In this document: positions 1-8,221 of the stretch, one piece after another
How positions within the stretch are numbered: the first letter of the stretch is position 1
Layout of the letters: every line of letters begins with the position of its first letter
Translations under genes and position numbers: made by a program
IMG/VR virus record: IMGVR_UViG_3300044491_001439
Direction: 5' to 3' (one strand)
DNA: 64,000 nucleotides
From: an uncultured virus (IMG/VR IMGVR_UViG_3300044491_001439)
Lineage: Duplodnaviria > Heunggongvirae > Uroviricota > Caudoviricetes > Kyanoviridae
Notes under the pieces: generated by a model
Told to the model about the DNA's origin: nothing
Databases searched by the model: none
What the model saw: the letters and a program-made list of their open reading frames with translations, nothing else

Positions 1-154
1 CTTTTGTAAGCGTATCTCTACATCATCAAAGAATTCAGTGATCTTTTCATGCTTCTCTGATCCGGGACGCTTATACATGAGTTGAGGAGATTTTAGACGC
101 TCAACCTCTTGCTTTAGCACATTGATCTCCTCTAATGCATACTCAAGCACTTGT

Positions 155-334
155 TCAACTGTCAGATTGCTCTTCACTGGGTTCGACGATTTCTTTGAGT
201 AGTTCAAATCTTGCATCCTCTTTCTTTGGGTTCTTAAAGTTCTCGGCAGCTCGCTGCTCAAACTGCTCGCAGAAATCATCGAACTCATTCAATACTTCTG
301 CTTGCTTATTCAGATAGTTATCGTAATCTTTCAT
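155..334 (-). CDS. hypothetical protein (59 aa, below ORF-track cutoff)
   Basis: Read by eye: ATG at 334, MKDYDNYLNKQAEVLNEFDDFCEQFEQRAA..., TGA at 155-157. Confidence 0.6.
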   Translation of the reverse strand: MKDYDNYLNKQAEVLNEFDDFCEQFEQRAAENFKNPKKEDARFELLKEIVEPSEEQSDS

Positions 335-508
335 AACTCGACTATTTTGACCTATTTTTTCTGGCGGAAATTTTTTTGATTTCCTTGAAATATTTATCTC
401 GTTTGGGTAACACTTTGTAGGTTAGGAAGAAGGTACTTTTTTGGTACGGCGGGACGCCTAGGGGGCATAGGGGGGCATAATACAGTCCGCCCCCGGTGTG
501 GTATACTG

Positions 509-1078
509 TCAGATTGCAGCGTCAACCCAACGGGCGAACGCTTGCAGTGCCATCATGTCGAGCGGGTCGGCAGTCTCAAAGATCGGCGCTGTGCTTCTGC
601 GTTGCTTGGTCTGGTTGACGACAAAGACTTGATGCTCTGTCTCATCAGCAAACCAAGCGGCAGAGTCTGGGTCGGTGGCGTCCTGTCCTGTGAAGACAGC
701 GGCAGGGATGCCAGGGTAGACACGGCGGATCTTGTCAAACTCACTGCAGGCACGGTCCAGCATGGAGGAGTCTAGATAGGTCTTGCCCTCTACAATAAAG
801 ATCAGTTCGCCGTCCTTATAGGCATGGATGTCCACCTGTGTTTTCTTATATGACTTGCCGCCCCTGCTCTCAATCATGATGTAATCGTTGTGCTTGCACA
901 CGATGGATGGATCGACTGCATAGATCACTGCCTGTGCCACGTCCTCATAGAGGTCGCCCATGGATGCTCTCATCTTGCCTCCTGCATTGTCTTCTGACAG
1001 GTAGCGAGCATGAAGAGGGGCGATCCTCTCATCATAGATCCGAACGGCGTTGTCGAGATTAAAAGCGGTGGCGTTCAT
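509..1078 (-). CDS. PD-(D/E)XK restriction-endonuclease-like protein
   Basis: Catalytic pattern GDLYE...QVDIHAYKDGELIFIVEGKTY (E...D...ExK); own extended -10 promoter (TGCTACAAT) at about 1102-1110. Confidence 0.65.
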   Translation of the reverse strand: MNATAFNLDNAVRIYDERIAPLHARYLSEDNAGGKMRASMGDLYEDVAQAVIYAVDPSIVCKHNDYIMIESRGGKSYKKTQVDIHAYKDGELIFIVEGKTYLDSSMLDRACSEFDKIRRVYPGIPAAVFTGQDATDPDSAAWFADETEHQVFVVNQTKQRRSTAPIFETADPLDMMALQAFARWVDAAI

Positions 1079-1127
1079 GGTGTGGGGTTGTGTTCTTGTT
1101 TATTGTAGCATGGAAGGGGTCGCCCCC

Positions 1128-1349
1128 TTACAGTTCAGCGAGCATGGCATCCATCTCATCTTGGTCGATGTCGTCATGCAACCATGCCACGCCGTCGCCC
1201 GTGATGTACTCGCCGTACTCGTCAATCCAACGCTTTGCCCACTTGCGATACCCTAAATTCTTGTTTTGTTTGGCGTGACGGTAGATCGTCTCATCGTTGC
1301 CGATCCACAGTGCAGCGTTCCAAGTTTCGTAAGTTGCCCAACCGTTCAT
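1128..1349 (-). CDS. conserved phage hypothetical protein (NGWxxYETWNxxLWI family)
   Basis: Start moved to MNGWATYETW, which lies downstream of the promoter at 1377-1382. Confidence 0.7.
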   Translation of the reverse strand: MNGWATYETWNAALWIGNDETIYRHAKQNKNLGYRKWAKRWIDEYGEYITGDGVAWLHDDIDQDEMDAMLAEL

Positions 1350-1404
1350 GCTGTGTCCTGTGTTGTGTTCTCTTGTATTGTAGTCGGTAGAGGGGCGTTG
1401 CCTA

Positions 1405-1659
1405 TCAAAGCAGTGCCAGTGCCTCATCCGTCACAGCGTCAACAGATTCGTCAGCGTAGACCCGAACCCAAGCGATAGGGTTTCCACCTGGATAGATCTT
1501 GAAAATCATCATGTCTTCTCCCTGCCCATGCCGCTCATTCATCGAACGCCAGATGCCAGCGATCTTGTAAGCGTGGGAGATGTTGACGGCATAGTCACAA
1601 CCCCATCCATCGAAGTTGCCCCATGCTGCAGGTTGGACGGCGTAGGTTGGTTGATCCAT
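1405..1659 (-). CDS. hypothetical protein
   Basis: ORF preceded by a -10 element and palindromic box. Confidence 0.65.
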   Translation of the reverse strand: MDQPTYAVQPAAWGNFDGWGCDYAVNISHAYKIAGIWRSMNERHGQGEDMMIFKIYPGGNPIAWVRVYADESVDAVTDEALALL

Positions 1660-1700
1660 TGTTTGTTTTGTTTCTTGAGTTTAGTCTACAGGGTCAGGGT

Positions 1701-1913
1701 CTAATGTCTGTCGCTGATGTTCCAGTGTCCCCACTGTCCCATAGCAGGTCCCCATGATGGGAAATCTGACTCTGCCTCGCGACACTCCCGAACTGCCTTG
1801 CGACGTGCTGCCTCTGCCTGGTGTTGGCGTTGGATGTCTTCCATGACCTTCTGCATCAGGGGGGAGGGGTCACCAGTAGTGATGAACATGCCGTGGCGTT
1901 GAATGTTTTTCAT
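1701..1913 (-). CDS. hypothetical protein, probably leaderless
   Basis: TATAAT ends 6 nt before the ATG. Confidence 0.65.
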   Translation of the reverse strand: MKNIQRHGMFITTGDPSPLMQKVMEDIQRQHQAEAARRKAVRECREAESDFPSWGPAMGQWGHWNISDRH

Positions 1914-1961
1914 GTCCTTATTATAGGGGTTGTGAGGGGCATCGCCTGCCCCTATGTGACA

Positions 1962-2159
1962 CTAAACCAAGTGGTCTGAAACCGCTTGCATAATGTCACC
2001 ATACTCGCCTACGATGTCACCGAATGAATCACGAATGAAAGCGTATGAATCTGACTCATCGTGCATTGAGAAACAAAGGTCCATCGCACGATCCAGGTCG
2101 GTCGTGGTCTCGGTCTCCCCAAGGGCAGGGCAGGTGATCTCGTAAGTTGTTTTGTTCAT
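1962..2159 (-). CDS. hypothetical protein, probably leaderless
   Basis: Start moved to MNKTTYEITCP; same CCTATAATAAGGACATG junction as at 1911-1927. Confidence 0.65.
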   Translation of the reverse strand: MNKTTYEITCPALGETETTTDLDRAMDLCFSMHDESDSYAFIRDSFGDIVGEYGDIMQAVSDHLV

Positions 2160-2241
2160 GTCCTTATTATAGGTGCTGTGAGAGGCAGTGCCAAAACCTT
2201 GTGCCACTAGGTCGATCGTCCATCGGCAGCTGACCTGGGTA

Positions 2242-2415
2242 TCATTTAGTGGGAAAGTTCTTGCAGACAGCATCACATAAGGCACGAGTTAAATCATCTC
2301 TAGTATCATAATCTATATTCCAAGGGATCCATTTCAGGTGAAACTCTTCAACGATAGCGTCAATGTCTTCCATCAACTGTTCTCTACTCATTAACATGTC
2401 AAGTTGATTGTTCAT
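2242..2415 (-). CDS. cyanophage hypothetical protein
   Basis: MNNQLDMLMSREQLMEDIDAIV...LCDAVCKNFP. Confidence 0.65.
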   Translation of the reverse strand: MNNQLDMLMSREQLMEDIDAIVEEFHLKWIPWNIDYDTRDDLTRALCDAVCKNFPTK

Positions 2416-2438
2416 TGATGTTAGATAGTAGGGACAAT

Positions 2439-2462
2439 AAAAAAGAGGGGATATACCCCTCT
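2439..2462 (-). terminator. rho-independent terminator
   Basis: Minus strand AGAGGGGTATATCCCCTCT hairpin followed by a T-run, directly after the 2466-2792 stop. Confidence 0.7.
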
Positions 2463-2465
2463 CAC

Positions 2466-2792
2466 TCAAGCAAACTCGGCAAAGGTGTAACCGTTGACGA
2501 AATCATTCACGACTTTGTTATCACGAACGAACCACTGATAATCTTTTTGAAAGACACCATCAGTGAATGCATTGCAGAATTCGTTGATGATAGCATTCAA
2601 ACGAGACTTTGTGGTGACAGACTGCCAACCTCCATCAAATACAGTGACAAAATCATCACCAACCTTTGCAATCAAGTTACCATGCAAACGCACTTCAGAA
2701 ACACCATCGGTGGTGGTAACAGATGTGTTTGCTTTAGACCAGTTGGCGTTGCCGTGGATGGCGGCGTTCATCTCGAATTCGATCTTACGCAT
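2466..2792 (-). CDS. conserved cyanophage hypothetical protein (MRKIE...GGWQSxTTKSRLNA family)
   Basis: Recognisable family motif; upstream promoter and box. Confidence 0.75.
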   Translation of the reverse strand: MRKIEFEMNAAIHGNANWSKANTSVTTTDGVSEVRLHGNLIAKVGDDFVTVFDGGWQSVTTKSRLNAIINEFCNAFTDGVFQKDYQWFVRDNKVVNDFVNGYTFAEFA

Positions 2793-2852
2793 GATTGGTG
2801 TCGGTTGTTTGACTTGTTAATACAATACAGGAACGAGAGGAGAAATCAACCC

Positions 2853-3077
2853 CTACCGTGCCACCTTGTCAACCGTCACACGGCAACCCTCGATTTCACT
2901 TATGTTATGGGCAACAATCATTGCTGCTCCAAAGTTATCAACCAATGTACGTTGATCAACATCCTGTGTGCGATGTTTGGTCACTATGTAACCCGAACGT
3001 TGTGTTGGAGTAGTGATAACTCTCATTGGATTTTGTTTGAACTGTCTATACAATACACGATACAGTTTAAAATGCAA
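2853..3077 (-). CDS. hypothetical protein (real start probably MRVITT near 3026)
   Basis: ORF track; a -10 element at 3050-3055 lies inside the annotated 5' part. Confidence 0.5.
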   Translation of the reverse strand: MHFKLYRVLYRQFKQNPMRVITTPTQRSGYIVTKHRTQDVDQRTLVDNFGAAMIVAHNISEIEGCRVTVDKVAR

Positions 3078-3121
3078 GTAATAATGGACAGTTCAACTAG
3101 TGTCCACTACCTATTGACAAA

Positions 3122-3280
3122 TCAATCATATTCATCGTAGTTTCTGAACTTGGCATTACGTTTGTTCTTACTTTTCAAACGCTTTGCATTCTTAACATCG
3201 TATCCGAAGTCTTCGTAATCATTTTCAAACGCTTCTTGGCGGTTGATTGTTTCTGGATTGAACTTACGATTGTTTTTCAT
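3122..3280 (-). CDS. small basic hypothetical protein (52 aa)
   Basis: Read by eye: MKNNRKFNPETINRQEAFENDYEDFGY... Confidence 0.55.
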   Translation of the reverse strand: MKNNRKFNPETINRQEAFENDYEDFGYDVKNAKRLKSKNKRNAKFRNYDEYD

Positions 3281-3315
3281 TGTTTATTGGGACTTTTACC
3301 TAATAATAAGTGATA

Positions 3316-3561
3316 TTATTTAGAATCAGTTGAGATTAGTTCGATATTCTTTGCTTTCAAAGAAGAATTGACTAGTTTACCAACACTTTCACCTTGTTTG
3401 ATTGTTTTATCGAGCAATTCTACGAAGTTACTATCATTAATAGTGTAACTATATTGTTTATCACTAGAACTAAACACAATTATCAAAGATTTACCATTAA
3501 TATCAATTTCTTTGATAGCTGTTGATTTGATATCAGTATATTTCAATGTTTTGAGAATCAT
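3316..3561 (-). CDS. KTSC-like small protein
   Basis: STAIKEIDI...LIIVFSSS.KQYSY...SVGKLVN pattern. Confidence 0.5.
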   Translation of the reverse strand: MILKTLKYTDIKSTAIKEIDINGKSLIIVFSSSDKQYSYTINDSNFVELLDKTIKQGESVGKLVNSSLKAKNIELISTDSK

Positions 3562-3670
3562 TATAGTATAGAATAGGTTAAATCTTAACTATTGAAAAAT
3601 GTTAAAATTTAAGATTTTTAAAAAAGTCAAAAAACTCAAAAAGTCAAGTTTCTGTCTTTTCTATATTTCT

Positions 3671-3729
3671 ATAATAACAGAAAACCCAGTGGTTGTCAAG
3701 GGTCTGGGGGACACTTGGAGAACTGTCAT
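3671..3729 (-). promoter_or_regulatory. sigma70-type early promoter with upstream palindromic box
   Basis: TTGACA (3699-3694), 17 bp, TATTAT (3676-3671); GGGACA-N10-TGTCAC at 3708-3729. Confidence 0.7.
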
Positions 3730-3851
3730 ACATCGGGTTGACTTTTGAGTGTTGGGGCGCTAAGCCAACAAGACCTCCGCACATTACCAAACATTACCGC
3801 ACAATATCACACAATACCTATGTTTTTTAATACATTAAGAATAGTTAGAGT

Positions 3852-3874
3852 TTTTCCACAGGAGTTGTGGAAAA
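3852..3874. promoter_or_regulatory. inverted pair of cyanobacterial-type DnaA boxes
   Basis: TTTTCCACA-ggagt-TGTGGAAAA in a long non-coding interval. Confidence 0.5.
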
Positions 3875-3949
3875 CTACTAAAGAGATTCTTAAGATATGT
3901 TGGTATCACTGTGGAGCTACTGTATAGTAACTGTGGAGTACCTGTATAG

Positions 3950-4162
3950 TTACTTATCACCTAGTATAGTAGTATCATGTTGATAAGCAAGAGGATATAA
4001 CATGTCTAGTATGTCTGATAGTTCAGTATAACTATTAGATGTTTTCATTACAGACTGTTGTTTATCTGTGACTATAGAATGAATGAGTTGCCATTGTCTA
4101 GTTGTCAGTTTACCCATCAGTACATCAGTATAGGGAGAGTATAGTGGTAAGTCATAGTTCAT
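3950..4162 (-). CDS. hypothetical protein
   Basis: ORF in a tightly overlapping minus-strand run. Confidence 0.55.
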   Translation of the reverse strand: MNYDLPLYSPYTDVLMGKLTTRQWQLIHSIVTDKQQSVMKTSNSYTELSDILDMLYPLAYQHDTTILGDK

Positions 4163-4349
4163 TGTATTGTTTTTTTGTTTTGAAGTATAACTTGTAGTAG
4201 TATTGTTTCATTGTATTAATTGTATGCATGTCATCTTCAAACCCCATGTACTTAAGCAACTGTGATGATCCTTCGAGTTCTGATATGAGACGTAGTATGT
4301 TAGCGGGTAGACGTTCTAGACCATTGAAGTCATAGATTGAAGAAGTCAT
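4152..4349 (-). CDS. cyanophage hypothetical protein
   Basis: YDFNGLER...ILRLISELEGSSQLLKYMGFEDDM. Confidence 0.65.
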   Translation of the reverse strand: MTSSIYDFNGLERLPANILRLISELEGSSQLLKYMGFEDDMHTINTMKQYYYKLYFKTKKQYNEL

Positions 4350-4632
4350 TTAGAGTAGAGAAGAGTTTATTCTTTTTGTATTTCTTTGGGAGAGTATGCT
4401 TATAATCTGGGTAGATATCTACTCTAGAGTTTTTAGGGTTAAGGTTGTATCGTTTAAGGTGTTTATCGAGATGCTCTTGACATTCAAAGTGAGCAATAAT
4501 CTTATCGTTTTTATCAATGTATTCCAGACGATAAGGGAAGGTAACAGCATGTGTAGGCCAATCAGTGATAGGTTTACGTCTATCGTAGATCTTTTGTTTT
4601 TTGGATGTAGAGGTCTTCGAGTTCTTTGGCAT
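4330..4632 (-). CDS. cyanophage hypothetical protein
   Basis: FPYRLE...HFECQEHLDKHLKRY. Confidence 0.65.
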   Translation of the reverse strand: MPKNSKTSTSKKQKIYDRRKPITDWPTHAVTFPYRLEYIDKNDKIIAHFECQEHLDKHLKRYNLNPKNSRVDIYPDYKHTLPKKYKKNKLFSTLNDFFNL

Positions 4633-4810
4633 TATAGAATACGATTAGGTCATCATCATCTTTATGATCAGGGTGTAACCATTCATAGAACTCATCAGCA
4701 AGAGCAAAGGCATCATCTAGACGTTCTTTACGAATAAGGAACTTAAAGCGTCGTGTTCTGTTCTCCATGATGATATCAAAGCGTCTGGAGATAAGTTCTT
4801 GATCAGTCAT
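4580..4810 (-). CDS. hypothetical protein
   Basis: ORF with ATGA overlap to the upstream gene. Confidence 0.6.
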   Translation of the reverse strand: MTDQELISRRFDIIMENRTRRFKFLIRKERLDDAFALADEFYEWLHPDHKDDDDLIVFYNAKELEDLYIQKTKDLR

Positions 4811-5028
4811 TTGATTGTGAGTTTGTTTTGGAGGTGATCGTAGGAGAGAAACTCTTGTTGTTGTTCCTTTAGTTTAAGTGCAAGACCGGATGCAAACTCA
4901 TTAGGGAACTTTGAGAAGTAACGCCAGTATTTCTCTGGGTCAACATCATTAGGTTGAGGATGATAAGTAGTAGGAGTGAGTGAGATAAGTTGAACTAACT
5001 CTTGTACATGTGATGAGATAAGATTCAT
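4807..5028 (-). CDS. hypothetical protein
   Basis: ORF with ATGA overlaps at both ends. Confidence 0.6.
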   Translation of the reverse strand: MNLISSHVQELVQLISLTPTTYHPQPNDVDPEKYWRYFSKFPNEFASGLALKLKEQQQEFLSYDHLQNKLTIK

Positions 5029-5261
5029 TTAACAAATACCTTGATGTCTTTGGTGTGTTCTTCAGTGAGTTTAGCGATTTGTTGCATGTGATAAGCAAGA
5101 TGTGCAAGATACTCTTGTTCATCTTCATCAAGTTCATCATAAGCAATATCGTATGCATCATCGATATCAACCGTGTTATCATCATAACAGGTCATACCAT
5201 ACATTGTATCAGTAGAAGAATCCATCGCGTAAGCATTACCAGCAGCAACGAGGTAGAACAT
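5025..5261 (-). CDS. acidic hypothetical protein
   Basis: ORF with an upstream TTGACA-17-TAAATT promoter (5314-5286). Confidence 0.6.
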   Translation of the reverse strand: MFYLVAAGNAYAMDSSTDTMYGMTCYDDNTVDIDDAYDIAYDELDEDEQEYLAHLAYHMQQIAKLTEEHTKDIKVFVK

Positions 5262-5310
5262 GATTGGTGATGAAAGAACTATAGTAATTTAGCACGGTTG
5301 TGCTGTGTTG

Positions 5311-6030
5311 TCAACCTCTACGGTAGAGATAACCGCCAGCCCAGTCAGCATTCTCCAATAACCATTCACGATCAGTGATGATGAGCAAGTTAAAACGTAC
5401 TCCCTTTGCAGGTGCTTTGATAGATGCTGGTTTGTATACATCACCTGTTTTCATGTCAACAAAAGCATGAATAGAACGTGAACCACCATCGGTAGTCATC
5501 ATGATTTTGTGATACTTACGTCCAGACTCTACAGTAAACTTGTACTCGGGAGCAGGACGACCAGCGAGAGCACCACGGTTACGTGACTTGAAGTTGTCTT
5601 CAAGAGCATCACAGAGCATCAAGGAATACTCACGTACCTTCAGTTGGATGCTGTTACGAGCATCCTGTTGTGCTTGAAAGTCAGTGAAGGTGGTGGTCAA
5701 GGTGGTGTCCTTTGTTGATGAATCAATCATAGCAGGTACTGATGCGTCATCAGTGGTGTCGAGTGCCAGTTTGAGGAGTGGCATAGCACTGTATGCGGAA
5801 GTTTTATCTAATGTTACGATCTTACCGGGACGTTTATGATTGATTGGCGCAATGTAGCATCGTTTTTTGGTGTTGTAGAATCCCCAAATTGATTTGATAG
5901 GATCATTAGTGTAACTATACCGAGAGTGATTCCTAATCCAAATGCCAATGATATTTGTTTTAAACTCTTTCGTTTCATAACTATAACCCTCTGGTGGAAT
6001 ATGTGGAAAATCAGTTGGTAGTTCGATCAT
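5311..6030 (-). CDS. apparent in-frame fusion of two cyanophage hypothetical proteins
   Basis: Two distinct modules joined by a Thr-rich linker that contains an internal promoter and box. Confidence 0.6.
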   Translation of the reverse strand: MIELPTDFPHIPPEGYSYETKEFKTNIIGIWIRNHSRYSYTNDPIKSIWGFYNTKKRCYIAPINHKRPGKIVTLDKTSAYSAMPLLKLALDTTDDASVPAMIDSSTKDTTLTTTFTDFQAQQDARNSIQLKVREYSLMLCDALEDNFKSRNRGALAGRPAPEYKFTVESGRKYHKIMMTTDGGSRSIHAFVDMKTGDVYKPASIKAPAKGVRFNLLIITDREWLLENADWAGGYLYRRG

Positions 6031-6221
6031 TTACCAATACCCATAGGATCAACGGCAGTTGATTCTAATGCAGAAATACTTCCTGTTTGAATCATCAGAT
6101 AAGCCTCAATGATGTCTAGAATCTCACCGCAATCATCAGCAGTATCCTCATCAGTTAATACTGCATAATCTTCAACTGCATCAAGAATGATACGGAGTTG
6201 TTTGTCGGTGAGATTAATCAT
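6027..6221 (-). CDS. hypothetical protein
   Basis: ORF track; ATGA overlap. Confidence 0.55.
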   Translation of the reverse strand: MINLTDKQLRIILDAVEDYAVLTDEDTADDCGEILDIIEAYLMIQTGSISALESTAVDPMGIGK

Positions 6222-6344
6222 TTTTTTTGTTGAATGGTTGATTCGTAGTAGTTCAGCATTTTGGTGTCACGTTCTGCTAGGAAGTTAAGATAACTCCCAA
6301 GAGCAAAGACAACAATAATACCCGAGAGACCAAATTGCGTGACT

Positions 6345-6557
6345 TTACTCATAGGTTTGTGCGATAGCTTGAGACTTGAAACGGCGACATAACTTGAACA
6401 ATAGTTTCAGGTCATCTTCAATGACATAACGAAACGAGTCTGATTCGATGATGAACTTACCATCTTCCATCCAGATTTGTGGGAGTTGTTTCTTGTAAAC
6501 TGGGAGATCGAAGATCATGATGTTAGATAAGAGTTTGCAGTGAGTGAGGGGAATCAA
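6345..6557 (-). CDS. hypothetical protein
   Basis: ORF track. Confidence 0.55.
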   Translation of the reverse strand: MIPLTHCKLLSNIMIFDLPVYKKQLPQIWMEDGKFIIESDSFRYVIEDDLKLLFKLCRRFKSQAIAQTYE

Positions 6558-6808
6558 CCTACTGCCATTGGAGCATACTCGGAGCGTGGCATTTGCTCTA
6601 CGTTGTAACCTGTAACCGTAGCACCGCTAGCGATACGCTCATTCCACTCATTACGTGCTGTGAGTGCTGTGACAGTGCTGTAGGACTTCTGACCGTTAGC
6701 GTTGAAGATGACACGTTTCTGGAAACGCTTAACAACTGTGCCAGACTCTTCAGCGATGAATGCCTCGGGAAAGAAGTCAACAGTGACGATGGTGTTGGTG
6801 AGTTGCAT
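6554..6808 (-). CDS. cyanophage hypothetical protein
   Basis: VDFFP...KRV.F.G..SY motif; own promoter and box. Confidence 0.65.
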   Translation of the reverse strand: MQLTNTIVTVDFFPEAFIAEESGTVVKRFQKRVIFNANGQKSYSTVTALTARNEWNERIASGATVTGYNVEQMPRSEYAPMAVG

Positions 6809-6862
6809 TTGAGTGGGTTGGTTGCTGATGAATTAAGTATAGGGCATCTGGTGCCCTGTGGG

Positions 6863-7093
6863 TCAGTTAGTGGGCACTTCGTCTGCTGGCACACGGGAGA
6901 CAGTGAAACTCTTGATCTCATAGGCTCTCCATGCATCACATGCCTCTTGCACCATACGCTCCATCTGCCTCTCCATGCCCTTGGCAGTCGTACACTTGCC
7001 ACACTTGCGGAAGTACGTGATAGGGTGCTGTGGGGACGCGAGAGGCTTGACGACGATCTTGTAGTGAGAGTGCTTGACTGCTGTGACTGTCAT
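6863..7093 (-). CDS. cyanophage hypothetical protein (CxxC)
   Basis: HPITYFRKCGKCTTAKGMERQ; own promoter and box. Confidence 0.65.
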   Translation of the reverse strand: MTVTAVKHSHYKIVVKPLASPQHPITYFRKCGKCTTAKGMERQMERMVQEACDAWRAYEIKSFTVSRVPADEVPTN

Positions 7094-7134
7094 GGGTGCC
7101 TTGCTGATGAATATAGTATAGCGTATGGAGAGCG

Positions 7135-7299
7135 TTAGCCCTTACTGACTGTGACACTATGCGTACCGTCCTTATTCAGTTGACGGCAGAGCAATTCAGA
7201 ATGTAGGCTACGTGCGAACTGCTGATCAAGAGTCTCATAAGATACTTCACCATCTTCAGGAGTGACAGCACTGACCTTGTAGTATTCAGAGACGAGCAT
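7135..7299 (-). CDS. hypothetical protein
   Basis: Start moved to MLVSEYY, downstream of the promoter at 7324-7352. Confidence 0.55.
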   Translation of the reverse strand: MLVSEYYKVSAVTPEDGEVSYETLDQQFARSLHSELLCRQLNKDGTHSVTVSKG

Positions 7300-7366
7300 T
7301 GGTGTGGTTCCTTTGACTCTCTTAATATACACGGTTTTGGGGTGCTGTGCCACAATAGTGGACAGT

Positions 7367-8221
7367 TTAGACTAGTGTCACACGGTCTGTCTTGTGTAGT
7401 AGGATTTCTCTTGCTTTTTTAGCAGCATATCCGTCCTCTGTTTTCTTTCTACGCCCCGCAGTGTATGTTATGTTGAAGTAATGAACTGATAAAGACTTTG
7501 ATTTACCATCAAACCAGTCATCATCCGCACGGTTGGCAACAAAAACTCTTTTTTGTGCATCGGCAAAGTCGATCAGGTCCAATAGGGCATCCTCACCAAA
7601 TGCATTGCCATAATCAGCAAAACTATCACGATAGGGTGGATCAAAGAAGAAGAAACCATTAGGATCAGTATCAACTACAGTCTTCCAATCACCAGTCTTG
7701 ATATCAACAACTTGAAGAGTATTATGCCACCAGTTGAGCACATCACGATCATATACTTTATCCTTCTGGTTCAGCAATCCAGCAGGAGTTCCGTACCTAC
7801 CGTTGGTATTCTTGTTGATCTGCCATATACCGTTGAACCCAGTCTTCATCAAGAAGTATAATGTTGCTGCCTCATATGTTGTATCCCAACTCTCATAATC
7901 ATAGGCATGTTGATACCTCACCTCCATGTAATACTTCTTCCTATCTTCCTTGGTCTTGGGAAGATATATTGCTTCAAGTGCATCTAGACGTGAGGTGAAT
8001 GCATCGTAGTCATCACGAATGCTACGATAAATGTTCATCACGCTGGGGTTGATGTCATTGATCACAGCATTCTTTGGTCGGTATCTGTTCATCACATGGA
8101 CAAACATAGCACCACCACCAAAGAATGGTTCGTAGTAAGTTTCAAAGGATGATGGCATAAAAGGTGCATAATGTTTTAGCACCTTTGTTTTACCACCTGC
8201 CCAAATAAACAGAGGTTTCAT
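7367..8221 (-). CDS. dam: N6-adenine DNA methyltransferase, Dam/D12 (alpha) family
   Basis: WAGGK, YEPFFGGGA (motif I), INDIN, FFDPPY (motif IV). Confidence 0.9.
   Translation of the reverse strand: MKPLFIWAGGKTKVLKHYAPFMPSSFETYYEPFFGGGAMFVHVMNRYRPKNAVINDINPSVMNIYRSIRDDYDAFTSRLDALEAIYLPKTKEDRKKYYMEVRYQHAYDYESWDTTYEAATLYFLMKTGFNGIWQINKNTNGRYGTPAGLLNQKDKVYDRDVLNWWHNTLQVVDIKTGDWKTVVDTDPNGFFFFDPPYRDSFADYGNAFGEDALLDLIDFADAQKRVFVANRADDDWFDGKSKSLSVHYFNITYTAGRRKKTEDGYAAKKAREILLHKTDRVTLV

Noticed and set aside
2415..3140. Plus-strand ORFs in the early region (also 6593-7138, 10766-11416)
   Set aside because: They lie opposite several promoter-supported minus-strand genes; treated as shadow ORFs.
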